Numbered from the stretch's first letter, positions 49,452-59,290 are shown. The stretch is DNA of 64,000 bases from Lingula anatina (GCA_051362555.1 CM120642.1:4836001-4900000); one strand, 5' to 3'. Program-made: numbers and translations. Notes: generated by a model from the letters alone, not told the origin.

Positions 49452-52045
49452 CTAGGAAAAGTAAAAAAGAAAAATTTCATTACAAAATTGAAAATAGAAA
49501 AGTGCCACTTGTAGCTATGTCAAATTATCAACCTCACAATTTAATATCAATTCAAATCGAGAAAGTACATGTCAATGCTTTAGTTGACACAGGTGCCGTC
49601 ATATCTTGTGTATCGGAATCCCTTTTATCAAAATTAGGAAAAAAGGATCGAAATTCATACGAAAAACCGTCATTAAAAGAAGTTTCAGTTGTTGATGGAT
49701 CGGTGATAAATGTTCTGGGAAAAGTAGAGTTACCTCTTTGTTTTGGTGATGTGATCATAAAGCATAAAGTCCACGTATTTAGTCAGTTGCCAAGAGGTTT
49801 GATATTAGGCACAGATTTCCTAAGAAAACACAATGTGAAAATTGATTTATCGTCTGATAGCATGATACTGCCTGATTATGATTTGCTCTTACCCTTGTAT
49901 AGTCCATCTGTATTAGGTTTAGTACGTAACTTTAAATCCGAATTTATTCCACCAAGAAGTGAATGTTTGATTCCAGTCAAAATATCACATTCCTCATCTG
50001 TCTCCGTGGCTTTATTAGAACCAGTACGAAATCTTGAGTCCAAGAAAAAACTTATCGGAGCAAAATGTTTGGTTCCTATTGATAAAAACAATTCTGCTTA
50101 CAGAATAATGAACCCTAGCGATGAAAGTATTTTCATCCCCAAAAGAACAATATTAGCTATTGCGAGTTCAGTGAGTCTGACTAGCGTCAGTGTTTTGAAT
50201 GAAATGTCAAAAGGAACCTTAACGCAAAAAAGTGATAGATTATCGGATCAAGAAGCATTGCGGAATGCAGACGAATTAAATATAAACTTTGCCGATTCAG
50301 ACATGAGTGAAGATCAAAAATTACAGTTGAAAATGTTGTTAGGCCGTAATCGCGATGTTTTTGCTACCAATCTTTCAGAATTAGGTTCAGCAAATATGTA
50401 TCAGCATAGAATTGACACAATAAATGATGTTCCTGTGAAACAAACATTTTATCGTGCGTCATCAAAGCAAAAAAATGAAATTGTCAAGCAGGTAGACGAA
50501 ATGTTACAACACGGAATAATCGAAGAAAGCATGAGCGAGTACAGTAGTCCAGTAGTACTTGTAAAAAAGAAAAACGGAGAATACAGATTCGCAATTGATT
50601 ACCGGAAGTTGAACAAAGTTACAAAACCTATGCACTGGCCACTCCCACGTTTAGAAGATATTTTTGAAACGATAGGTACGTCAGGTGCTAAATATTTCTC
50701 TAGTTTAGATATGGCAGGTGCATACTGGCAATTACCTCTTGACCCTGAAACTAAACACAAGACTGCTTTCATCACGCACCATGGTCACTTCCAATTCTTA
50801 CGTTTAGCGTATGGCCTTCGTAACGCCGGTGTTAGTTTCCAGGCATTAATGAGTCACATTTTTAGGGACATGAACTGGAAAACAATACTTATATACATTG
50901 ATGACATTTTGGTCATGAGTAAAACGTTTGACGAGCACTTAAAACATTTAAATCAAGTATTCCAAAAACTAAGATCTGCAAATCTCAGACTTAAGCCATC
51001 AAAATGTAAGTTTGCAACACCGAAAGCTAAATATTTAGGTCATGTAATAGATAAAAATGGAATAAGACCAGATGAGAAAAATCTTGAAGCCATAAAATCA
51101 TTTCCAACCCCCAAATCTGTAAGAGACGTTAGAAGTTTTTTAGGGTTGTGTAACTTCTACAGAAAATTTATTAAAGGTTTTAGTAAAATAGCAGATCCCT
51201 TAAATAAACTTTTAAGGAAAGACGTACAATTCTTATGGAGTCCTGAATGTGAAGCGTCATTTCAAACATTAAAAGAAGCGTTAATGTCAACACCAATACT
51301 GGCTTATCCAGATATGTCGCGCGAGTTTACATTAACAACGGACGCATCTACTTCCGCTATAGGTTATATTTTAGGTCAAAAAAATGATAACAATCAAGAT
51401 AGGGTTATTGCGTATGGAGGGAGATCGTTAAACAAGGCCGAAAAGAACTACACAATTCATGAGTTAGAATGTTTGGCAGTAATTGAAGGGATAAAACAAT
51501 TTGAACAATATTTGTCTAACAATCACTTCAAAGTGTATACAGATAATAAAGCAATTTCGTGGCTACAAAATGTTAAACATACATCTGGCAGGCTTATAAG
51601 ATGGTCATTGAAGTTACAAGGTCTAGATTTTGAAATAATTCACAGACCTGGAAAAACAAACCCAGCTGATGCACTATCAAGACGCGAATATGAACCAGTA
51701 AATGTTTTAGATACCGTTAGCAACGATAGTCACTTAAGCGCGGATGATACTGACAGGTGTCAAGATAAAAATTTCACCCAAGCTAGGCTGTACTTACCGA
51801 AACAAACTAGCAAATTGAGAAGTGAGCAGCACTTAAGTCAATGTGATGACATAAACGTTGTTGATGTTACAAATGTAGACGAGAAAGAAAAATTAAAACA
51901 AGACCAACGTGAATGTCCTGAATTTCAAGATATAATAAGATATCTGGAACTAAACGATTTACCCGACGACTTGAAACAAGCGCGTAAAATCATCGCAGAA
52001 TCAGATCAATACGTGATGATAGATGACGTTAGGCGAGGGGGATAG
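49448..52045 (+). CDS. pol: Pol (protease, RT, RNase H), truncated just before integrase
   Basis: LVDTGA and ILGTDFL (protease); SPVVLVKKK, FAIDYRKLN and YIDD (RT); TDAS, ELECLAV and YTDNK (RNase H). Homology ends at YVMIDDV (52030). Confidence 0.95.
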   Translation: MTRKSKKEKFHYKIENRKVPLVAMSNYQPHNLISIQIEKVHVNALVDTGAVISCVSESLLSKLGKKDRNSYEKPSLKEVSVVDGSVINVLGKVELPLCFGDVIIKHKVHVFSQLPRGLILGTDFLRKHNVKIDLSSDSMILPDYDLLLPLYSPSVLGLVRNFKSEFIPPRSECLIPVKISHSSSVSVALLEPVRNLESKKKLIGAKCLVPIDKNNSAYRIMNPSDESIFIPKRTILAIASSVSLTSVSVLNEMSKGTLTQKSDRLSDQEALRNADELNINFADSDMSEDQKLQLKMLLGRNRDVFATNLSELGSANMYQHRIDTINDVPVKQTFYRASSKQKNEIVKQVDEMLQHGIIEESMSEYSSPVVLVKKKNGEYRFAIDYRKLNKVTKPMHWPLPRLEDIFETIGTSGAKYFSSLDMAGAYWQLPLDPETKHKTAFITHHGHFQFLRLAYGLRNAGVSFQALMSHIFRDMNWKTILIYIDDILVMSKTFDEHLKHLNQVFQKLRSANLRLKPSKCKFATPKAKYLGHVIDKNGIRPDEKNLEAIKSFPTPKSVRDVRSFLGLCNFYRKFIKGFSKIADPLNKLLRKDVQFLWSPECEASFQTLKEALMSTPILAYPDMSREFTLTTDASTSAIGYILGQKNDNNQDRVIAYGGRSLNKAEKNYTIHELECLAVIEGIKQFEQYLSNNHFKVYTDNKAISWLQNVKHTSGRLIRWSLKLQGLDFEIIHRPGKTNPADALSRREYEPVNVLDTVSNDSHLSADDTDRCQDKNFTQARLYLPKQTSKLRSEQHLSQCDDINVVDVTNVDEKEKLKQDQRECPEFQDIIRYLELNDLPDDLKQARKIIAESDQYVMIDDVRRGG

Positions 52046-52600
52046 GCTCCCCGAAGCCCTGACGTCAACAGGCGGCAGTGGAGTCGCAAGGCTCTGGGGG
52101 CACATTAAAGACGTGCTATAGTGCTGTGGGAGAAGACTGAAGGCCCACTGTGTCTCGAATCCTGAATTAACAGGATACTGTGGTACCGTCTAGTCGGCTC
52201 AGTGTGTATAACGGTTCACTGAGTGGTACGGGGACGACAGTCCTCACCTAGCCATGCGTAGTTGATGCGGTTCCAACACGGTGGTGAACAGGCAAGGCTG
52301 GTGAAAACGGTCAAAGTTCCGATAACCCATGGCAGTGGGACCGGGATCAGACCGTCGGTTACTCCCTGGGAGCCTGGTAAGCTCTACGGGATTGAGTGAT
52401 CGCTATCGACTGGGTCACCGGCCGGTTGGGTCGAAAAAGGCAGTAAGGCTTAAGAATAGCAGCCGCGCTCAGCTCAATGTACAGTCAGGCCCTAGCAAAC
52501 TGAAAACGAATGAGCTAGTAAGTGAGCTAGTGGGAAAGGTACTCAGCCTAGGTTGCGCCCCTGGCAAGGAGGGGAGACTGAAGAGTATAAGCGGACCTCT
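52031..52600 (+). other. Foreign GC-rich, highly structured segment, possibly the 5' UTR and ORF start of an RTE-like non-LTR retrotransposon
   Basis: Abrupt compositional shift at both ends; many helices with G-U pairs on the + strand; ORF 52329-52604 ends at the junction. The RTE assignment is recalled resemblance only. Confidence 0.5.
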
Positions 52601-53659
52601 TTAAGAGGCTGTCATTATTGTGTCATTCAAATTCCTTGCTATTGCAGTTTGAACTTAGACGAGTTTTATCTCCCACCCCGAGTGGCAAGTTGTCAAAACA
52701 ACTCGCAGATAACAAAGCTACATCCTATTAATTTAGGTTTGTTGCAGTACTTTTATTCACCATCACAAATTGCAAAAATTGGAAGCAACGGTTTATTTAG
52801 TGAGCCCTTAAGTTCTAAATCGAATGTTCTTCAATTATTTCAACATAATTTTTCCCATTTCCTTGCGAAAGATTCAGTTGATCATTTGAGCTTACAAAAA
52901 ATGGCTCAAGCAGCAAAAAGTCAGGAGCAAATCTATTCTTCTATGGCAGATGCTATTCTAGCAGACGAAATATTTTCTACAGATGATTTTTCTCAAATAC
53001 TGGTTTGGATTTCAATAGGGTTGTCGGGCTTATTGCTCGTGATAATAATTTGCCTAGGAATCAAGGTCAGGCAATTGGCATTTATAGTGGCTTTGCTGAA
53101 GAAGGCACGTGGAAACGATATAGTTCCTACTATGCCGTATTGGTTACTAGATTCCACAACAAAAACAAATAGTAATGAGCCGAAGGTACTGATTATCACG
53201 GATTCAATGACATTTCCTATTTTAATAATGCAAATTGTAATTACCATTATCTTCTTGATTTTCCTTGTGGGACATATTAGGAGAACATTCTTTAAGTCTA
53301 AGAGAAATACTCTGGTTTTAGAGATTTCCAACAATGAACAATGTATTTCGGTTCCTATCAGAAAACTGTCATTATGTCCAAAGTACTGGGTTTTTCAAAG
53401 TCATGAATCGTACTTTGATATTTTAAAGGTTGAAGGTACCTACAGTCCACACCTAACAATAGATTGGCATGGTCTGCAAATTACAAACCTTATAACTAAC
53501 GAAATCATCACTTTGGAACGAGCTATCCCATTGTCTATGGTCACAGCTTTTAAACTCAGAAAATTACTCAAGAGTGAATATTATGCATTTTTGCGCATTA
53601 AACATGCTAATGCACTTTTCTATATTCAGTTTGAGCCATTTGATCACAATGCAGATTAA
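52601..53659 (+). pseudogene. env: Env-like protein, C-terminal part (5' part deleted)
   Basis: Position after pol; Cys-rich GCHYCVIQIPCYCSL; N-glycosylation sequons NNS and NFS; heptad-like LSLQKMAQAAKSQ; two hydrophobic TM segments; no signal peptide or start of its own. Confidence 0.7.
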
Positions 53660-54121
53660 TCTTTGTCCAAGTTAAATTTGACTTGACTTGCTACATGTGT
53701 CTAGTATTTACTAAGTGCATTGATCTTTGCGAGCGGACTTTTGGTGTAAGAGGGTGTGTGTACTATCACAGCATTTTAATGACTTTATGATTGAGTTTTT
53801 CTCACTGTTACTCCAATGATTGGAGAAACTGATCTATATATTATTATTATTGAGAGTGTGCGAGACGCACAGAATTAACTCGATGAGTTTTAACAAAAAT
53901 TGAATTTGTTTTAATCACTATATACTATTTTATGAATAATGTAATACGATTATTTGCGCTTTTATAAAATCTATTACATATCACTTATATATAATTAGGA
54001 TTTTTTGTGTTAATCATGATCATTATTATTTGCATGCTGTATTGTACTTACTTTACTATGTTATGAATATTAATGGTTGTACTTAGAGTTTTTTTTTTTT
54101 AACAATTATGATTTTGTAAAT

Positions 54122-54721
54122 ATGTCTATTATCATTTTTCTTATTTTCTATTTGATTTTGCAGAAACTGACGAACTTGTACATTTACATTGATGACAGAA
54201 TTGTAACTTTGTCATTTAAGCTTTTCGAGAACTTCCGTAAACATTCTGTATATATAAATGAATTATACTTCAAACAACAAAGAGAACCGAATTTTCAGAT
54301 TAAGTTTTCATCTGATTTGATAAATGAATCAATTTTGTTTGCATTTTGTGGAAGGTTTAATAACCTAGACGAGAAGTTGGACTTTATGAAGTTAATTGGC
54401 TGTGCTCATTATTTGATGATATCTGAAGATTACATGATATACATGTTGCATCAAATACCATTAGATTTTGGTAAATGTATTATTCAATCTTTATATTATG
54501 CATGGAGTGTTACTAAGTTAGTTGTAGTTACTGTACTATTATTGCGACGTTTGAATATTCCTGTTAAGCATTATCATGAATTATTGATGAATGATGATCG
54601 AGAAATGACGTATACTCGATTTCGACGACTTGCTCTTAAATTTACAAGGAATGGAATTTGTTCTGATCTTACTATCAGTACAGTGGCACATTGTCCTATT
54701 TGTAAATACATTGAACATTAA
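54122..54721 (+). CDS. Accessory ORF inside the LTR element, BTB/POZ-like domain
   Basis: ~200-aa open frame in very AT-rich DNA; HSVYINELYF, SDLINESILFAFCGRF and FMKLIGCAHYLMI follow the BTB consensus in order; strong phase-0 acceptor TTTTGCAG at 54163; C-terminal HCPIC. Confidence 0.65.
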   Translation: MSIIIFLIFYLILQKLTNLYIYIDDRIVTLSFKLFENFRKHSVYINELYFKQQREPNFQIKFSSDLINESILFAFCGRFNNLDEKLDFMKLIGCAHYLMISEDYMIYMLHQIPLDFGKCIIQSLYYAWSVTKLVVVTVLLLRRLNIPVKHYHELLMNDDREMTYTRFRRLALKFTRNGICSDLTISTVAHCPICKYIEH

Positions 54722-54885
54722 TGCATGCAGCATAGATTGTTTTTGTAAGGGATCTTTTACTACATTACGATAGCATGGTTAGTTTTGTTAATTTACAAAT
54801 TTGATATTATTTAGTTTTGCTTTAAAAAAAAAATGAAAAAGGAGCGTATGTTGTAAAGTTTTTGAATTCGAGGACGAATTCTTTT

Positions 54886-54899
54886 GAAGAAGGGGTGTA
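54886..54899 (+). promoter_or_regulatory. Polypurine tract
   Basis: GAAGAAGGGG immediately before the 3' LTR, preceded by the hairpin GAATTCGAGGACGAATTC. Confidence 0.8.
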
Positions 54900-55365
54900 T
54901 GTTGTAAAGCAAATGACATACACTTTCGGCAATTACAAAACAATTAAAACAGAATCAAATGTGTAGAAAGTTATCGAGTACAAAGTAAATTTCTTAAAGT
55001 GTCAACGAGTGTAGAGACTGTTCTCGAAGATGGAAAGGGTGGAACGTTTCAGAGTCCGAAATAGTTGGATCCGATTGGTTAATTTTTCTATCGATTTGCG
55101 CGTGTTTAACACGTGTAGAACTCATGTATACTTGAATTGGACAGGATCCAAAATGAGTAATTCGGAAAATATTTTAAATATTTTAAATCATAAACAAGTT
55201 TCATTTAAATTACTAAATTAGGAAATATTGAATAGAGTTTTGCAATATGAGAATGGGAAATATGAGAATGGAAAATAGAATATAAATACTTGTAGATTCT
55301 GTGAAAAATTGAGTGTGGGGAATAAATATCTGAAGCTCCAGATCGTCGTTGTTGTCACTATAATA
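54900..55365 (+). repeat. 3' LTR
   Basis: Direct repeat of 47380-47845, followed by the TTAC duplication. Confidence 0.95.
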
Positions 55366-55603
55366 TTACTACTTTTAATACTACGTTTACGTGGTTCAAG
55401 GTATCTGCAATAACGTATCGGGGCATTCATAGATTGCTATCATAATTGTATATTATTTGGGTTTAAACGCCTAAAGATAGCAGAGACAGGATGGAGGCGT
55501 GAATCTTAATGGGAAATATCAAGGACAGCGACAGCGTGAACGTTTGAGATGATCCCTTACGGCAGTCATTGGTAGCCGCTGTTCAAAGTGAAAGAAGAAC
55601 GCC

Positions 55604-56842
55604 ATGACTGGTGCTAACTTCTGTTGCTTTTTCGGCCGCCGATTGAAGAGAATATCACGCGTATTCTCCAGAGGAATACTAGTATGTGCATTTCTTTCTG
55701 TTGTCACAATTTTTTTAGCAGGATTAAACATTCTCAGTCAAAAAAGCAGTAAATTCACGGGAAATAATATCAATCGCCTTAGAAATGAAGAACGTCATAT
55801 TTATAAAGCAGAGAGCGACGTGCTAGTAAGAGGACGCGTTGCTACAACACCAATGACGGAGAGAGACAACAAAAACTCACTTGTCATGAAATTCACGAAT
55901 ATCAGCAACACTTTACCTGATCCCATAGCGTTGGCTGGAACAACATCCAGGCAACAATTGAAGTTCATTGATAAAATAGTGGAAGATTTACGAGAAATGT
56001 TACCGCTTCGAACTGAATCCATTCAAAAGACGAAACTTGCATTTAACCCAAAGACGAAGGTATACGAGATAGATGGAAAACCATTTATTTGGATATTTTG
56101 GGAGGGTCAGTCCAGACCCGCCTACGTGGACCTTTGTATTCTGTCCACAGTTTGTCATAATTATAACACTGTTAACGTGAGGGTATTGAACGTCAGTGAA
56201 TTTACGAAATCTGTCCCCGTCGTGCACCCTGGTTTTCAAGGCTTGAGTTTGCCACACAAAGCTGACTATTTCCGCGTTGCAATGCTTAATGAATACGGCG
56301 GTGTATACTTTGACTCGGATACCATCAGCATTAAAAGCATGGGAAGATTGTTCGGACGTTTAGACACCTTCGACGTTGTCGGAGCGTCCTCCTATGTCGA
56401 TAGTATTCATTTCGGAAATATGGGCCCCATGCGAGCAAGAACGCCTTTTACGCAATCGTGGCTGTCCAAACTTCACACTAAATATGACCAAAAGTTGAAA
56501 ATTCTCAAAACAAGGGACCCGTTTGGCTGGTCAGAGGTAGGAGGACATATAGCTGTGCCCACTTTGAATAAACTGGTATCTAAAAAGACCATCAAATATC
56601 ATCAGCTTAACGGTCCAGACTCATGGATTCAGCTCAACGAAAATAGAGTCATGAGTAAAAATCCAGACATTGTGAAAACCATGAGAGACACGGAAATTAT
56701 CTCTTTAAACAACAAGCTATATCCAGCGAAGTACAAAGGGATGACGAGGGAGCAAATACTGCGTTCTCCAGTCGGATTGTCGCAGCTACTACGGTATTCC
56801 TTGGTGAAGTGTTGGAATGAGTTGTTCATGCACCCCTACTGA
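55604..56842 (+). CDS. Type II membrane DxD glycosyltransferase (GT32 / capsular polysaccharide synthesis protein-like), intronless, 412 aa
   Basis: N-terminal TM anchor ILVCAFLSVVTIFLAGL; IWIFWEG...P.YV.LCI.S; HKADYFRVAMLNEYGGVYFDSD, which matches the SD..R...L..YGG.Y.D.D signature. Confidence 0.85.
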   Translation: MTGANFCCFFGRRLKRISRVFSRGILVCAFLSVVTIFLAGLNILSQKSSKFTGNNINRLRNEERHIYKAESDVLVRGRVATTPMTERDNKNSLVMKFTNISNTLPDPIALAGTTSRQQLKFIDKIVEDLREMLPLRTESIQKTKLAFNPKTKVYEIDGKPFIWIFWEGQSRPAYVDLCILSTVCHNYNTVNVRVLNVSEFTKSVPVVHPGFQGLSLPHKADYFRVAMLNEYGGVYFDSDTISIKSMGRLFGRLDTFDVVGASSYVDSIHFGNMGPMRARTPFTQSWLSKLHTKYDQKLKILKTRDPFGWSEVGGHIAVPTLNKLVSKKTIKYHQLNGPDSWIQLNENRVMSKNPDIVKTMRDTEIISLNNKLYPAKYKGMTREQILRSPVGLSQLLRYSLVKCWNELFMHPY

Positions 56843-57303
56843 TTTTATCTACGACCTTGAATAGAGATTTTACTACCTTGTTAAAAAGTAAAGTTATCGG
56901 TCGACCAATGAATATATTGGTTGAGATACATGGAGACACTGTATGTATTTTATGGTAAGTATTTTGTTTCACAAAAACAAACTGAGAAGCACATGTAAGT
57001 AATTTTACAAGTTGGAGAGAGAGTAGACCAGCTGTCAGGAATAATTCGATCTTATCTTGATTTATGCTTGATCCAGAAGATAATGTCGCTATGATGAATA
57101 TAAATATATATGAAAACAGGCTCGTGCATAATTTATTTCTTCACATTCGTCTTGTTTACAATACTTTAAGTATGATGCTAGCGTACAAACAATGCTGTGA
57201 ACAGTTGACTCGACATTAAGATTGCGCCGAGCTTACGATTATGAAATACTTGATATGTGTGTAATGATGATGCATACGGTACCTATATTTGTAATTTTGT
57301 TGC

Positions 57304-57336
<33 letters not shown>

Positions 57337-58553
57337 TTAAACGTTTTGTATTGTTACTAACTTACTATTACTATTTATTTCTGTACATTCTCAACAGCTC
57401 GGTCTAATGTTGCATGAAAGAAGTATTCAATGAGACGATAAGAAAAAATCTTAGCAAGGGATTTGCAACGTTAGGAAATAGTGTAACTATCCATTTTTTT
57501 TTTCTGTGTTGACGTCATGTAGCCCAGAAAAATCTACCTCATCCGCAAGCACTGTACTTTGGCGACAGAAACGCTTTACAATACACAGCAAATAAAGAAC
57601 TTACAATTTCACTTCCTAAATGATGTCTCAGAACTTGAAATAAATTTGTCATGCAATAAGCAAATGAGCTTGGGATGAACATTCAGTTTAATTTCCGATT
57701 CTAGGATTTTCTCAAGCGGAGTAATAACTAGGCATGTGACGTAGGCAAAGTAAAAGAATTTTGGTCCACAGATGCGTGCAATACGAGAAATACAAATTGA
57801 TACAATGTATCCTCCAAAGCGTGTGCAGTTGAACTTTTTTCAGGTCAATAACCCCACCCAAAGAAGTCAATATGACCTATTACTGTTACAATTACCAATC
57901 TGCACTTACATTGGTTAAAATACAAAGTCCTTGTTCTTATAGACAGCATATATTTCGTTTTTGTCGACTTTTTTTTAATAAAAGTTCAATTTAACAGTTT
58001 GTCCTTAAACTTTTTCACTTTTCTGCATTTCAAAACATTACCCACATGTAGTAGTATCATACCCTCTACCAGGGCCACAGAATTTTTTCACTTGATATAC
58101 CGGTACACAGGTATGAGATTATGTCTCTGGCGAATTATGTGCACTTTTCTGTATTGTGAGGTCAGAGAATCGTGTCATGAATTACCGCCGGAGACATATT
58201 TGTGAATATCTTCATAAAAATCATTCTGTGACCCTGGTAGAGGGTAGAAATACCATGCAGCTATTTTTAGTTAAATATGTGTCATCTCGGGTCAGCGCCG
58301 ATACAGTGTGCATTGTAAACACGGGTCGATATGCTGTAGTCGCGGGGGTCTTTTTTATGGCAGCTTATGTAAACAAACAGCTAGCTTGCGCCACCTATTA
58401 TTTCCGACTAACCGTCACCATTTTTATAAATCCATAATCAGCCGAAAGCAAACTGGAAAGTGAGGAAGATGCTCAAAGATCTCGTTTTGTTCGTCTTATA
58501 ATGACATCTCTTGGAGTGGCCTGAGAGTAAAATCCAAGTGAAAGAAGAACGCC

Positions 58554-59290
58554 ATGATTGTCGCCAGTTTTTGCAGCTTCCTCGGTCGTCTCCTGAAGAG
58601 AACATATACAAGTCTCGAAAAGGATGCTACTGTGTGTGTTTGTGTACCTCTCGCCATAACTTTCTTAGCGGGATTATACATTCTCAATCACAAAAGCAAT
58701 AGATTCGCTGGAAGTACTATAAATCACATCGAGAACATATTTCGCCTTAACCTCAGGACAGAGAGCGACGTAAGAGGAAGTAATGGTTCAGATGCTTCTA
58801 AACCAGTTCCAGTGGCAGAAAGACACACCAGGAACAAAAACTCGCTTTTCGTGAAGTTCACAAATCTCAGCGACACTTTACTTGACCGCAAAGCATATTG
58901 GCTGAAACATCATCGGAACAACAATTCAAATTAATCGATCGACCAAAGTGGAAGATTTACAAAAAGAAAAAGAAATGTTACCGCTTCCAACTGAATCTGT
59001 TCCACAGACCGACATCCCGAGACTTACATTTAATCCAACGACGACGGTAAAAGAGTTGGACGAAAAAACATTTACTTGTATTTAGATATTTTGGGAAGGT
59101 CAATCCAGACCCGTCTACTTGGACCTTTGTATTCAGTTTGTTATTATTAAATCACTCTTAGCATGAGGGTATTGAACAGCAAGTTATATCCAGAACAAAG
59201 GGATGACGTGACGACAAATACTACGTTCTCCAGTCTGATTGTCGCAGCTATTACGGTATTCCTTGGTGAAGTGTTGGAATGAGTTTCACA
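58554..59290 (+). pseudogene. Third, older glycosyltransferase copy with frameshifts and a large internal deletion
   Basis: N-terminus homologous to the 55604 ORF; IFWEGQSRP remnant near 59085; jumps to C-terminal sequence near 59178; DxD region missing. Confidence 0.85.

Larger units (their letters stand above)
47380..55365 (+). mobile_element. Young env-bearing Ty3/Gypsy LTR retroelement (errantivirus-like organisation), lacking integrase
   Basis: 466-bp LTRs at 47380-47845 and 54900-55365; 4-bp target-site duplication TTAC; empty paralogous site near 40604; PBS, PPT, gag, PR-RT-RH, env remnant and an extra ORF. Confidence 0.95.

Noticed and set aside
52225-52275. HDV-like ribozyme, or HCV/pestivirus-like IRES (CTAGCCATG)
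   Set aside because: The P3/L3/P1.1 arrangement could not be completed by eye, and the IRES-like words are short and in the wrong order.
52530-52600. Hammerhead ribozyme (GAAA...CUA...CUGAAGA) or group II intron domain V
   Set aside because: Stem III can form, but stems I and II do not pair next to the core. The AGC hairpin does not match domain V geometry and there is no GUGYG 5' end.
52553-52600. ORF-track start of the 368-aa env ORF
   Set aside because: The TTG start and first 16 codons lie in the foreign insert, so this is a chance in-frame extension.
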